Shown: positions 31,141 to 41,645, counted from the stretch's first letter. The stretch: DNA of 64,000 nucleotides from an uncultured Candidatus Saccharibacteria bacterium (GCA_964596875.1 CAZQVT010000001.1:107255-171254); one strand, 5' to 3'. Translations and numbers: made by a program. The notes: a model not told the origin generated them from the letters alone.

Positions 31141-31892
31141 CTATATTACTACCTGCATTAGAGCGTTTCCGTCCTGTACATATATATAGTCAGGGTTGTT
31201 GCCTACGAAATACGGGTTCTGGCCTTTGTATATTGGCATAAAGTTTTGTCCACCATCTTTGTTTAGTTCTACGACATAGACTCCAATAGTTGTAGAGAAA
31301 ATAATCGCGTCAGTTCTGTTTTTGTAAAAGTTTATATTTTTTACAGGTGTCACAACATTTATTACTTCATTTTCTGTGTTTTCATTTTTTGCAAAAATAG
31401 TACCGTCGTTTACCCATATCAAAATTTTGCCGTCAGTACTTTTTAAAGGTTTGTCTTCTGTTGGTGCAGTATTGTTTCTGATCTGGTTTACAATACTCCA
31501 GTATTCTGGGTCCTGTGTTCCAATAATATTTCCAGAAGGGTTTTGAGAAACTAGAAGAGGCTCAATCTTTACCTTGCTGTTACTTTTTATATCCAAATCT
31601 TTTTTCCATGGATAGTAACTATCTCTAGAAACTATAATAGTGTGTTTCTTTGGTGACAATTTTACTTTTAAAGTCTCATTGTCTTTTTTTGTTGTTAGCT
31701 TTTGTGACTTATCTATGAAAACTGATGTGTTTATAAGTGGTAGTGTTACGGAAACTTCACCAACTTTTCCTATTTTGAAACCGTTTGTGATTCTAAAACC
31801 AAGTGCGTAAAAAATAATCAAAAGTAAAACAACCAAAACAGAAACACCCCAGTAAATTTGTGATTTTTTTATATTTTTTACATTATCATTCA
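31141..31892 (-). CDS. hypothetical membrane-anchored protein (N-terminal TM, extracytoplasmic beta-rich domain)
   Basis: Start chosen at MNDNVKNIKKSQIYWGVSVLVVLL. The track start 32046 would overlap mreB. Confidence 0.4.
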
Positions 31893-31921
31893 TATCGGCT
31901 ATTATACTGAATATATTAAAT

Positions 31922-32935
31922 ATGTCATTTTTCTCTAAAAAAATCGGTATCGACCTTGGAACCGCCAACACTTTGGTGTTTGTTCCGGGTAGGGGGATAG
32001 TCCTAAATGAGCCATCTGTTGTCGCTGTTTCTGAAGAAGACAACAAAATCGTAGCAATTGGTATAGAGGCAAAAGAAATGATAGGCCGTACTCCTGATAA
32101 TATTATTGCCTATAGACCAATGAAGGATGGAGTTATAGCGGACTACCGCGTGACTGAAGCCATGCTTCGATACTATATAGACAAAGCCTTGGGTAAATGG
32201 AGTTTTTGGAAACCAGAGGTTCTAGTTTCCGTTCCAGCAGGAGTTACATCTACTGAAAGACGTGCTGTGATAGAGGCCGCGATACGTGCCGGAGCAAAAA
32301 ATGCATACGTTATAAAGGAACCTATTTTGGCTGCAATTGGTGCGGGTATTCCTATTCATGAAGCAAAAGGCCATATGATAGTGGATATCGGGGGAGGTAC
32401 AACCGATGTTGCTGTTATCTCGCTTGGCGGTATTGTCGCATCAACTTCTGTAAAATGTGCCGGAAATAAAATTGACTATGCAATTGCGGACTATATCAAA
32501 AAAACTTTTAACCTCGGTATAGGAGACAAAACGGCAGAAGATATAAAAATAAAAATCGGTTCTGCAATACCACTAGACGAGGAACTCGCGATAACTATAA
32601 AGGGACGTGACTTTGTTACAGGACTTCCACGAAGTGTAGAAATAAAAACAAATGAAATAGTAAAAGCATTGAGTAAGGATTTGCGCGAGATGATAAAAGC
32701 AATAAAGGATGTGTTGCAAGAAACTCCACCAGAACTTTCTTCGGATATTATAGATCAAGGGATTATTATGACAGGAGGAACTTCACAACTACGAAACTTT
32801 CCTGAACTTGTTTTGAGGCGTACTGGTGTGAAGGCTGTTTTGGCAAAAGATGCGTTGTACTGCGTTGTAAAAGGTACAGGAATTGCACTAGAACACCTTG
32901 ATAACTACAAAAAATCTGTGATTTCCAAGAGATAG
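31922..32935 (+). CDS. mreB: rod shape-determining protein MreB (paralog 1)
   Basis: IGIDLGTANTLVFVPGRGIVLNEPSVVAV and DIGGGTTDVAVISLGG actin-fold motifs. Confidence 0.9.
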   Translation: MSFFSKKIGIDLGTANTLVFVPGRGIVLNEPSVVAVSEEDNKIVAIGIEAKEMIGRTPDNIIAYRPMKDGVIADYRVTEAMLRYYIDKALGKWSFWKPEVLVSVPAGVTSTERRAVIEAAIRAGAKNAYVIKEPILAAIGAGIPIHEAKGHMIVDIGGGTTDVAVISLGGIVASTSVKCAGNKIDYAIADYIKKTFNLGIGDKTAEDIKIKIGSAIPLDEELAITIKGRDFVTGLPRSVEIKTNEIVKALSKDLREMIKAIKDVLQETPPELSSDIIDQGIIMTGGTSQLRNFPELVLRRTGVKAVLAKDALYCVVKGTGIALEHLDNYKKSVISKR

Positions 32936-32953
32936 AAAATTTTCTTTTTCCCC

Positions 32954-33085
32954 ACAATCTTTTCAGAGCGAGCTTTAAAAATTCCAGCGAATTTTTAAAG
33001 CCTGGTCCTCGGCCTCCATCCGTCAAGAAGGGGCGCCTTGACGGAGCCATGCTGGAGGCACTGCGGAGTCTCAGAAAAGATTGTG
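32954..33085 (+). repeat. TIR element family 2, copy B
   Basis: TIRs CACAATCTTTTCAGAG / CTCAGAAAAGATTGTG. Hairpin TTAAAAATTCCAGCGAATTTTTAA. Stems CCGTCAAG..CTTGACGG and GCCTCC..GGAGGC. CCATGCT..CTGCGGAGTC. Confidence 0.6.
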
Positions 33086-33123
33086 AGTCAACGAAAATTT
33101 AGGTATTTGATATAATAGTAGAT

Positions 33124-33795
33124 ATGCACTCATTTTTAGAAATGTACAAAAACTCGGATAGTCTGCACCACGCATACTATTTTGTTGAACACAAACTTGA
33201 GGAGGGGGTAAAAAAACTTAAAGATTTTCTAGAGGAAAAGTTGGGTGTGAAAACTGTAGGTAACCCAGATTTTTCTCATAGAAAGTATGAGAACTTTTCT
33301 ATAGATGATGCAAGACTTTTGAATCAGGGGGAAATGCTTAGGAATTTTTCTGGCGGTAAAAAGATTTTTATTATTGAGACTGACTTTATAACCGAGGAAG
33401 CTCAGAACGCGTTACTTAAAGTTTTTGAAGAGCCAACAGAGGGAACTCATTTTTTCATAATTTCACCACAAGAAGTTTTACTTCCAACTTTGCGCTCAAG
33501 AATGCATGTATTTGCAAATTCTGAGTCTGAAACACTCATGTCAAAGAGTCTCTTTGACATGAGTTTGAAAGATAGGCTCGAAGTGGTAAAAGAGATTACC
33601 GAAGGAATAAAAGATGATGAAAAAACAAAACAGGATGCGATTTCTTTTTTAAACAGTATTGAAAAAGAACTGTATGAAGATGGAGTTTTGAAGAATGCTG
33701 AAAAACTGAAGGTTTGTGAAATGACGAGAGAAGCATTGTACGACCGTGGTGCTCCAGTAAAGATTATTTTGGAGAATCTAGTCATCTCTATTTAG
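33124..33795 (+). CDS. holB: DNA polymerase III delta' subunit-like (short)
   Basis: Sensor and box motifs ...FIIETDFITEEAQNALLKVFEEP..HFFIIS..LPTLRSRMHVF. Confidence 0.65.
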   Translation: MHSFLEMYKNSDSLHHAYYFVEHKLEEGVKKLKDFLEEKLGVKTVGNPDFSHRKYENFSIDDARLLNQGEMLRNFSGGKKIFIIETDFITEEAQNALLKVFEEPTEGTHFFIISPQEVLLPTLRSRMHVFANSESETLMSKSLFDMSLKDRLEVVKEITEGIKDDEKTKQDAISFLNSIEKELYEDGVLKNAEKLKVCEMTREALYDRGAPVKIILENLVISI

Positions 33796-33825
33796 TTTTA
33801 ATATTTTTTGTTATAATCCCGAAAT

Positions 33826-34377
33826 ATGGCATATAATTTTAATCAATTTAAAGAAGGTGTAAAAGGTGTAGAAGAGTGGCTAAAAAAGGAGTTATCTACT
33901 GTTCGTACTGGTAGGGCAAACCTTTCCATACTAGATGGTGTAAATGTAGAAGCCTACGGGACATTTATGCCGATAAACCAAGTGGCAAACCTTTCAATGG
34001 AAGACGTGCGTGTTGTTCGTATCGCACCTTGGGATGCATCCGTTGCAAAAGAGGTGGAGAAGGCAATTGTTGCTTCTGACTTGGGACTTTCTGTTACGGT
34101 AGATGACAAGGGACTTCGAGTCATTTTCCCAGAACTTACTGGCGAAAGAAGATTGGCACTAGTAAAACTAACTAAACAAAAACTAGAGGATGCAAAAATA
34201 ACTTTGCGCGGTGAAAGAGAGAAAACTTTGAAAGATATTGATGCAAAAGAAAAAGCAGGGGAAATGAGTGAGGATGAAAAGTTTAGACTAAAAAATGAAC
34301 TTCAAAAAATGATAGACGAGTGCACAAGAAACCTCGAGTCTATGTTTGAAAAGAAAGAGAAGGAGATAAGTGAATAA
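33826..34377 (+). CDS. frr: ribosome recycling factor
   Basis: VRTGRANLSILDGVNVEAYG and 183-aa length. Confidence 0.9.
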   Translation: MAYNFNQFKEGVKGVEEWLKKELSTVRTGRANLSILDGVNVEAYGTFMPINQVANLSMEDVRVVRIAPWDASVAKEVEKAIVASDLGLSVTVDDKGLRVIFPELTGERRLALVKLTKQKLEDAKITLRGEREKTLKDIDAKEKAGEMSEDEKFRLKNELQKMIDECTRNLESMFEKKEKEISE

Positions 34378-34379
34378 TA

Positions 34380-35474
34380 ATGACTGTAATAATTTTTTTA
34401 ATCATACTGGCGATACTTGTATTTGTTCATGAACTAGGGCATTTTTTGGTGGCAAAAAAGTCAGGTATTCGTGTGGACGAGTTTGCTATTGGTTTTCCTC
34501 CTAAACTTTTTGCAAAAAAGTGGGGGAGCACTTTATATACACTAAACGTTATTCCTTTCGGAGGTTTCGTAAAAATTTTTGGTGAAGATGCTCATAGTGG
34601 GGAAATAAGTGAGGAAAACAAAAGTGTAAGTTTTGTTTACAAACCACGATATATCCAGGCTGCTGTTTTGGTAGCAGGAGTAACTTTCAATATTATTTTT
34701 GCCTGGTTACTTATTGCGGTTACTTTGTTTATGGGGAGCGTGAGTCCTTTGCCACATGACACTATGGGCGAGTTTAATGACGCAAAACTCCTTGTGACAG
34801 AAGTTTTGGTGGACTCTCCTGCAAGTAAAGCGGGTATTTTGCCAGGGGACACTATTGTTTCTATTTCAAACGGAAAACAGACTGCGACAGAAAAGATTTT
34901 TCCAGAAGTTGCCCAAAAAATAATTTCAGAAAGTAAATCGGATATAACAATAAAACTAGAATCAGAGAAAAAAGAGGTTAGGGAACTTAGTGTGACACCT
35001 ACAGAAAACCTTATTGCTGGGAAAAAAGTTGTTGGTGTTTCTATGGAGTGGGTTGGCACAGTAAAATATTCTGCATGGGCATCTCTCACACAAGGAGCAA
35101 AATCTACTTGGTACTTGCTTCGGGAAACTGCAGTGGGACTAGCAAAGTTTTTGTGGCAAACAGTTACATTTCATTCTGACTTTTCACAGGTTACTGGTCC
35201 TGTTGGTATTGCAAAGGTTGTAAAGGAGGCGAACGACCTTGGTTTCAAATACCTACTAACTATTATGGCGATTATTTCTATAAACTTGGCAGTAATAAAC
35301 CTTGTTCCATTTCCCGCTCTTGATGGAGGTAGACTACTTTTTGTTTTTATTGAGGCGGTGATTAGGCGACCACTAAACCCGAGCGTTGTTAAATGGTCAA
35401 ACCTAATCGGTTTTGCACTACTTATGATTTTGATGGTTGCAGTGACTTCGCATGACATCCTGAAACTGTTTTAG
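34380..35474 (+). CDS. rseP: RIP metalloprotease RseP (site-2 protease) with PDZ domain
   Basis: HELGHFLVAKKSG HExxH in TM1. C-terminal LDGG. Confidence 0.85.
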   Translation: MTVIIFLIILAILVFVHELGHFLVAKKSGIRVDEFAIGFPPKLFAKKWGSTLYTLNVIPFGGFVKIFGEDAHSGEISEENKSVSFVYKPRYIQAAVLVAGVTFNIIFAWLLIAVTLFMGSVSPLPHDTMGEFNDAKLLVTEVLVDSPASKAGILPGDTIVSISNGKQTATEKIFPEVAQKIISESKSDITIKLESEKKEVRELSVTPTENLIAGKKVVGVSMEWVGTVKYSAWASLTQGAKSTWYLLRETAVGLAKFLWQTVTFHSDFSQVTGPVGIAKVVKEANDLGFKYLLTIMAIISINLAVINLVPFPALDGGRLLFVFIEAVIRRPLNPSVVKWSNLIGFALLMILMVAVTSHDILKLF

Positions 35475-35505
35475 ACTTTTTTCTTAAACCATGTTATAAA
35501 TACCT

Positions 35506-35721
35506 CTGGACGCGGAAGTGAACCACTCGTTTCAGCCGCACGAGTGTCACGCCCACTTTTGCGGTTAGAAGGGGTTTAGCCGGCCTCTTCGGCCCTCGCG
35601 AGCTGTTCTTTCCGCGTCTACTTGTAATGTTGGACTGCTTTCTGCGCCGCACGCCACCCCACGCAGTCAGATACGACGCCGCCACCTTCGGCCACCCCTC
35701 ACCAGGGTGGCCCTTTTTTTT
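35506..35721 (+). ncRNA. GC-rich structured leader or small RNA between rseP and proS, with its own promoter and intrinsic terminator
   Basis: Promoter TTAGAC-17-TTATAA (35471-35499). Long-range stem GACGCGGAA (35520-35528) / TTCCGCGTC (35607-35615). Internal hairpins. Terminator GGCCACCCctcaccaGGGTGGCC plus T8 (35690-35721), 34 nt before the proS ATG. Confidence 0.45.
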
Positions 35722-35755
35722 GCTCAAAATATTTTTTTGCTGTAGTATTGTCTTT

Positions 35756-37000
35756 ATGAAACAAACACAACTTTTTACAAAAACACGCAAGGAGGCACCA
35801 GCAGATGAGGCTTCAAAAAACGCCCAACTTTTAATACGCGGAGGTTATGTCCACAAAGAACTCGCTGGCGTTTACTCGTATTTACCTTTAGGTCTTAGAA
35901 CACTAAATAAGATTGTTGCAGTAATTCGTGATGAAATGAACAAGATAGGTGGTCAGGAGTTGCTTATGTCTGCACTTCAAGATAAAGAACTTTGGTCACG
36001 AACAGACAGATGGGACGATGCAAAAGTAGACAACTGGTTTAAAACAGAACTTAAAAGTGGTGGAGAAACTGGTCTTGGTATTACACATGAAGAACCACTA
36101 ACTCGTATCATGAGTGAGCATGTTTCGTCTTATAGAGATTTACCGAAACTTGCTTATCAGTTTCAAAACAAGTTTAGAAATGAACTTAGAGCAAAGTCGG
36201 GTATTATGCGAGGAAAGGAGTTTATGATGAAAGACATGTATTCTTTCTCTAGAGATTATGATGCTCACAATATGGATTATGACAAAATACGTGGTGCTTA
36301 TATTAAAATCTTTGAACGCCTAGGTCTTGGTGATAAAACATATGTAACATACGCAGATGGGGGAATCTTTGCAGATTTTTCTGAGGAATTTCAAACTCTA
36401 ACAGAATCAGGTGAAGATATTGTATATGTACACGAGGGTAAAAAAATTGCTGTAAACAAAGAGGTATATACGGACGAAAGTCTTGCAAAACTCGGTGTGT
36501 CAAAGGATGAGTTGGTTGAAAGAAAGGCTGTAGAAGTCGGTAATATTTTTCATCTTGGTACAAGATTTTCTGATGCGATCGGTTTGAAATACAAAGACGA
36601 GGACGGTAGTGAAAAATCTGTTGTGATGGGTAGTTATGGAATCGGTCCAACTAGAGTTATGGGTACAATCGTCGAAGTTTTATCGGATGAAAAAGGAATA
36701 GTTTGGCCAAAAGAAGTCGCACCGTTTGCTATACACCTTGTTCGCCTAGGTGTAAATGATGCAACAGTAAAATATGCTGATGACTTGTATGAAAAACTAA
36801 AACAAAATGGCGTAGAAGTTCTTTACGACGATAGAGACTTGCGACCAGGAGAAAAGTTTGCCGACTCTGACCTTATTGGTATACCTGTTCGTTTTGTTGT
36901 AAGTGACAAAACTGTCGCCGAAGACAAAGTTGAAGTAAAAATGCGAACAGAATCAGATTCAAAACTTGTGAGTGTAGATGAGGCCTTGAAATTAATTTAA
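35756..37000 (+). CDS. proS: prolyl-tRNA synthetase
   Basis: MKQTQLFTKTRKEAPADEASKNAQLLIRGGYVHK start and class II motifs. The track start 35627 is rejected because it reads through the terminator. Confidence 0.85.
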   Translation: MKQTQLFTKTRKEAPADEASKNAQLLIRGGYVHKELAGVYSYLPLGLRTLNKIVAVIRDEMNKIGGQELLMSALQDKELWSRTDRWDDAKVDNWFKTELKSGGETGLGITHEEPLTRIMSEHVSSYRDLPKLAYQFQNKFRNELRAKSGIMRGKEFMMKDMYSFSRDYDAHNMDYDKIRGAYIKIFERLGLGDKTYVTYADGGIFADFSEEFQTLTESGEDIVYVHEGKKIAVNKEVYTDESLAKLGVSKDELVERKAVEVGNIFHLGTRFSDAIGLKYKDEDGSEKSVVMGSYGIGPTRVMGTIVEVLSDEKGIVWPKEVAPFAIHLVRLGVNDATVKYADDLYEKLKQNGVEVLYDDRDLRPGEKFADSDLIGIPVRFVVSDKTVAEDKVEVKMRTESDSKLVSVDEALKLI

Positions 37001-37023
37001 AAAAATTTCTTTCTCCTCATAAT

Positions 37024-37131
37024 TTTTTATCGCAACCTTAAAAACTCCAGCGAGTTTTTAAGGCCAGTCCTCGGCCAAAGTCGTCAAGATGGAGTGCCTT
37101 GACGACACCATGCTTTTGGCCTGCGGGGGCG
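37024..37131 (+). repeat. TIR element family 2, copy C
   Basis: Hairpin TTAAAAACTCCAGCGAGTTTTTAA. Stems GTCGTCAAG..CTTGACGAC and GGCCAAA..TTTGGCC, the latter covarying with GCCTCC/GGAGGC in copy B. CCATGCT..CTGCGGGGGCGCT. Confidence 0.6.
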
Positions 37132-37166
37132 CTAAAAAACCATGAGTCGACGAGATTTTTTTAATT

Positions 37167-38246
37167 GTGTTAGTATGTCTAAAAATGATTAAAAACCTGG
37201 AACAATTTAAACGATACATTTCCAATGATATTGGGATAGACTTGGGTACGGCAAACACCCTCGTTTATTTGTCTGGTAAGGGTATTGTTCTAAACGAACC
37301 GTCTGTTGTGGCTATAAACCAGAAAACTGGTCAGGTTGTGGCGGTGGGTAGGGATGCGAAACAAATGCTGGGTAGAACTCCGCAACATATTGTGGCTGTG
37401 CGACCTTTGGTAGATGGTGTGATTTCTGACTTTGAGGTAACAGAAGAAATGATTACATATCTTTTAAACAAGGCGCAGAAAGGTAACACAAAACTTTTGG
37501 GTCCTCGCGTTGTTGTGGGTGTACCATCTGGCATAACAAACGTAGAAATACGCGCGGTACGTGACGCGACAAAAAACGCCGGAGCGTCAGAAGTGCATAT
37601 TGTAGAAGAACCAATGGCCGCTGCTATAGGTATGCGACTTCCTGTTATGGACCCAAGTGGAACCATGATTATAGATATAGGTGGAGGAACTACAGATATT
37701 GCTGTGATTTCTCTAGGTGGAGTTGTTCGAAGTAAAAATTTGAAGATTGCTGGGGATAAACTAAACAACGATATTATTTCGTACATGCGAAGCGAGTTTA
37801 AAATCCTTGTTGGTGAAAAAACTGCAGAAGAAATAAAAATAGCGATTGGCGCAATAATGCCAGGGGATGAACCACTAGAGGCAAGTGTAAAGGGTCGTGA
37901 CCTTATTACGGGACTTCCTCGTGAGGTTATAATAACTGACTCTGATATTCGTGAAGCGATTTCGCAGTCGATAAATACTTTGGTAGATGCGGTAAAAGAA
38001 GTTTTGGAAACAACACCACCAGAAGTTTTGTCAGACATTATGCAAAAGGGCATTTTCCTCGCTGGTGGCGGAGCACTTATAGTTGGTCTGGCTGAAATAA
38101 TCTCGGAATACACAAAAATACCAGTACACATTGCTCCAGATCCTCTGACTGCAGTTTGTCGTGGTACTGGTATAATTTTGGAAAACCTAGAAACATACAA
38201 AGATGTACTAATAACAAACAAAGATGAACTTCCTCCTAAAAAGTAA
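37167..38246 (+). CDS. mreB: rod shape-determining protein MreB (paralog 2), first gene of mreBCD-mrdA
   Basis: IGIDLGTANTLVYLSGKGIVLNEPSVVAI. Alternative start 37185. Confidence 0.9.
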   Translation: MLVCLKMIKNLEQFKRYISNDIGIDLGTANTLVYLSGKGIVLNEPSVVAINQKTGQVVAVGRDAKQMLGRTPQHIVAVRPLVDGVISDFEVTEEMITYLLNKAQKGNTKLLGPRVVVGVPSGITNVEIRAVRDATKNAGASEVHIVEEPMAAAIGMRLPVMDPSGTMIIDIGGGTTDIAVISLGGVVRSKNLKIAGDKLNNDIISYMRSEFKILVGEKTAEEIKIAIGAIMPGDEPLEASVKGRDLITGLPREVIITDSDIREAISQSINTLVDAVKEVLETTPPEVLSDIMQKGIFLAGGGALIVGLAEIISEYTKIPVHIAPDPLTAVCRGTGIILENLETYKDVLITNKDELPPKK

Positions 38247-39012
38247 ACCAAAAAGAAACTTCGATCCTAAAATAGTTACTGTAGTTGTAGTTTTTTTGGT
38301 ACTTATGCTCGCGTCTTTTTTGTTCCCATCTTTCCTACGAAATTCTTCACAACTTTTTATGCGACCATTTTGGGCTTTTAAGGAAAAAACGTATGGGACT
38401 TTTTCTTTTGCGTGGGACTTCATATCGTTTAAAAGTTCTCTAATAAAGGAAAATGAACTTTTGAAAGACGAAGTTGGACGACTTCGCTTAACAAAAATCG
38501 ACTACGATACTTTGTTCAAAGAAAATGAAGAACTAAAAGCGATGGTCGCGATGAAAAAAAGTTCTATGCGCGCTATCGCAAATATTTTGTCGAAACCACC
38601 ACAGTCGCCATTCGACACACTGGTTCTCTCTAGTGGAAAAGACGCTGGTCTAGAAGTGGGCAACAAGGTTTACATTTCAGACAGTATTATTATAGGTACA
38701 GTTTCAGATGTATTAAACGAAACTTCTGTTGCCAGACTTTATTCTGCGCCTGGAGAAAAAAGTGAAGTGGTTTTGTCACGAACTGGACAGTCTTTTGTGA
38801 TAGAGGGTAGTGGTGGAGAAAACTTTACTTTGGAAGTACCAAAGGATACAGATATTTTATGGGGTGACTCGCTGGTTTTACAGGGCAGTAGTGATTTTGT
38901 TTTGGCTACTGTGTATTTTGTGGACAGTAGTTCTCAGAGTTCATTTAAAACGGTTCATATGCGGGTCCCAGTCAGTTTGTATCAGGTCAAAAGAGTCTTC
39001 ATAGGCAACTAG
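38224..39012 (+). CDS. mreC: rod shape-determining protein MreC
   Basis: N-terminal TM, coiled coil and C-terminal beta domain. Position after mreB. Confidence 0.7.
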   Translation: MNFLLKSKPKRNFDPKIVTVVVVFLVLMLASFLFPSFLRNSSQLFMRPFWAFKEKTYGTFSFAWDFISFKSSLIKENELLKDEVGRLRLTKIDYDTLFKENEELKAMVAMKKSSMRAIANILSKPPQSPFDTLVLSSGKDAGLEVGNKVYISDSIIIGTVSDVLNETSVARLYSAPGEKSEVVLSRTGQSFVIEGSGGENFTLEVPKDTDILWGDSLVLQGSSDFVLATVYFVDSSSQSSFKTVHMRVPVSLYQVKRVFIGN

Positions 39013-39036
39013 TCTTGTATTTGTTAGAATACGGTT

Positions 39037-39291
39037 ATGAATACAACAACAGTCAGATTGCTTTTGTTTGTAACAGTTTTTCTTTCTATTATATTTTTGC
39101 CATGGTGGCTTTCGCTTTTAGTTATGGTTGCTTTAGCATTTTATTTCCCGCTGTATATCGAAATAATCTTTTTCGGTTTCATTTTCGACAGTTTGTTTTT
39201 GTCTTCATATAAGTTCCCATACGCATCACTTATTGCTACCGCGGTTATCCTTGTGCTCATACTAAGTATTAGAAGGCATATTAGAAAATAA
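39037..39291 (+). CDS. mreD: small membrane protein, possible MreD
   Basis: 84 aa, hydrophobic, sits between mreC and the PBP2 gene. Confidence 0.35.
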   Translation: MNTTTVRLLLFVTVFLSIIFLPWWLSLLVMVALAFYFPLYIEIIFFGFIFDSLFLSSYKFPYASLIATAVILVLILSIRRHIRK

Positions 39292-39305
39292 TACTTTATG
39301 GACGT

Positions 39306-41018
39306 ATGTTTTCTAATCTCAAAAAACTTTTAAGAAAGAATACTCTCAGCGTACAAAAATCTATTGACCCAGATGAGATTTTTATTGACTCTCAAAATTT
39401 ACCAAACTTTGATAAACATCAGTTTGAAGGACGTATAGAAAAACCAATTTCTTTTAAGGTTTTTAGTTTTTTAGGGTTATTTCTTCTTTTAGTTTCAGGT
39501 ATATTTATATATCGACTTTGGAACCTACAGATAAACCAAGGTGAAAAGTTTAGACTGAGAAGTGACAACAACAACCTGCATAACATCGTAATTTTTGCTG
39601 ACAGAGGAGTGATTTTTGACAGAAACAAAGTTCCAATAGTTTGGAACAAGGTAAATGAGGCCAACAATGATTTTTCATTGCGAGAGTATGCTACATCTAC
39701 TGGTCTTTCGACTACACTAGGTTATGTAAAATATCCGACAAAAGACTCATCTGGTTTTTATTATCAAGATAAGTTTGACCCAAAAGATGGAATGGAAAAA
39801 ATCTATAACGAAGAAATATCTGGTATCGATGGTATTAGGACAATCGAAACCGATGTAAAAGGTAACGTAGTTTCAGAAAGTGTTGTGCAGTCGCCAAAAG
39901 ATGGAAATAACTTAGACCTTTCTATAGATATAAGACTTCAGAGAAAACTTTATAGTTCAATGCTTGAAATTGCTGACAGAGCCGGTTACAGAGGAGGTGC
40001 CGGAGTAATAATGAATATTGGTACGGGAGAAATAATAGCAAGTAGTAACTTTCCAGAATACGACTCTCAAACACTTTCTTTGGGAAAGGATACAGAAAAA
40101 ATAAAAGGCTGGCTAAATAGTAGTAACCACCCATTTCTAAATAGAGTTATAGACGGTCTGTACACTCCGGGTTCTATCATGAAGGTTTTTGTGGCTATGG
40201 GGGTTTTGGATAAAAAAGTTATTGACCCAAGAACTCAGATATTGAGTACTGGTTCGATACAAGTTCCGAACCCATTTTTCCCAGACAAACCTTCTACATT
40301 TATGGACTGGAAAGCGCACGGCCTGGTTGATCTAAGAAGGGCTTTGGCGGTTTCATCAAACGTGTATTTTTATGAAGTTGGTGGTGGGTACAAAGGCCAA
40401 AAAGGTATTGGTATAGAAAATATAGAAAAGTATTCTAGACTATTTGGTTTTGGAAGTACTACAGGAATATATTTCCCAGGTGAAAACTCGGGAACTATCC
40501 CTAGTCCTTCATGGAAACTCAAAACTTTTAATGGTGAAGCTTGGAGAGTAGGAGATACATATAACACTGCTATTGGTCAGTATGGATACCAGGTATCTCC
40601 GATACAAGTTGTGCGTGCATATGGTGGCATAGCAAGTGAAGGAACTCTTGTTACTCCGACATTTATGAAAATAGATAATCCAAACAGTGTAAAGAAAGAA
40701 AAAGTGGCGCAGGAGTTTGACCCGAATTACTACAAAATAATAAAAGAAGGAATGCGAATGTGTGTTACGGAGGGAACTTGTCAGGCAATGAACTTTCCAT
40801 TTATAGAAGTCGCGGGAAAAACTGGTACAGCGCAGATTGGAGTAAATAAAGACGAGGTAAACTCCTGGGTAGTTGGTTTTTGGCCATACAAAAACCCTAA
40901 ATATGCTTTTGCGATAGTAATGGAACGAGCTTCAAAAACAAACCAGTTCGGGTCCGTTTTGGTGATGCAGTCTTTTCTGGACTGGGTTCACCTGTATGCA
41001 AGTGAGTACTTGGAATAG
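39306..41018 (+). CDS. mrdA: penicillin-binding protein 2 (peptidoglycan transpeptidase)
   Basis: N-terminal TM, SxxK (GSIMK) and KTGTA motifs. Confidence 0.8.
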   Translation: MFSNLKKLLRKNTLSVQKSIDPDEIFIDSQNLPNFDKHQFEGRIEKPISFKVFSFLGLFLLLVSGIFIYRLWNLQINQGEKFRLRSDNNNLHNIVIFADRGVIFDRNKVPIVWNKVNEANNDFSLREYATSTGLSTTLGYVKYPTKDSSGFYYQDKFDPKDGMEKIYNEEISGIDGIRTIETDVKGNVVSESVVQSPKDGNNLDLSIDIRLQRKLYSSMLEIADRAGYRGGAGVIMNIGTGEIIASSNFPEYDSQTLSLGKDTEKIKGWLNSSNHPFLNRVIDGLYTPGSIMKVFVAMGVLDKKVIDPRTQILSTGSIQVPNPFFPDKPSTFMDWKAHGLVDLRRALAVSSNVYFYEVGGGYKGQKGIGIENIEKYSRLFGFGSTTGIYFPGENSGTIPSPSWKLKTFNGEAWRVGDTYNTAIGQYGYQVSPIQVVRAYGGIASEGTLVTPTFMKIDNPNSVKKEKVAQEFDPNYYKIIKEGMRMCVTEGTCQAMNFPFIEVAGKTGTAQIGVNKDEVNSWVVGFWPYKNPKYAFAIVMERASKTNQFGSVLVMQSFLDWVHLYASEYLE

Positions 41019-41125
41019 TTTCGTATTTTGCCTAAATTCTGAAATTTTGGGGTAAAAAGGTTAGGTTGACCGGAGGGTGTTTTTTTGCTATATTTTCACT
41101 TACTTATTTTTAATTTTCACAATAA

Positions 41126-41584
41126 ATGAAAGAAAAAGAATATCTGACAAAAGAAAAATTCGACGAATTTACAGCCGAACTAGCCGAACTAAAAGGCAAG
41201 AGAAGAAAAGAGGTTGCTGAGTCTTTGGAGTATGCAAAATCTCTAGGGGATTTGGCTGAAAATGCAGAATACCATGAGGCAAGAGATGCTCAGGCTACTA
41301 TTGAAGACAGAATTGCAAGACTAGAGGAGTTGCTAAAACATGCACACATTGTTTCTGGAAACAGTACTGATGCAGTTTCTGTTGGTTCAAAAATAACTGT
41401 AGAAAAGGATGGTAAAAAGTTTGAGTACAGTATCGTCGGTTCAGAAGAGGCAGATGTTATTTCAAACAAGATCTCTATGAAGTCTCCGTTCGGACAAGCG
41501 ATCCTTGGAAAGAAAAAAGGTGACAGTTTTACTTTTAAAGCGCCTTCAGGTGAGATTACATACAAGATTGTTTCTATTCAATAA
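41126..41584 (+). CDS. greA: transcription elongation factor GreA
   Basis: GDLAENAEYHEARDAQA coiled-coil tip and C-terminal FKBP-like domain. Confidence 0.9.
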   Translation: MKEKEYLTKEKFDEFTAELAELKGKRRKEVAESLEYAKSLGDLAENAEYHEARDAQATIEDRIARLEELLKHAHIVSGNSTDAVSVGSKITVEKDGKKFEYSIVGSEEADVISNKISMKSPFGQAILGKKKGDSFTFKAPSGEITYKIVSIQ

Positions 41585-41645
41585 GGAATCAAAAAGGACC
41601 CTTCAGGGTCTTTTTTGATTTAGGAAATAGTGCTATATTTACTAT

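Noticed and set aside
35506-35721. T-box riboswitch call for the proS leader
   Set aside because: A GGGTGG segment is present, but it forms the 3' arm of the terminator rather than a UGGN antiterminator bulge. No clear Stem I or specifier loop was seen.
35627-35755. Upstream start of proS ORF (track 35627)
   Set aside because: It reads through a strong intrinsic terminator (35690-35721). The MKQTQLF start at 35756 matches ProRS N-termini.
37331-38251. 306-aa minus-strand ORF inside mreB2
   Set aside because: It is a low-complexity Ser/Thr/Ile-rich antisense frame of a well-supported mreB gene.
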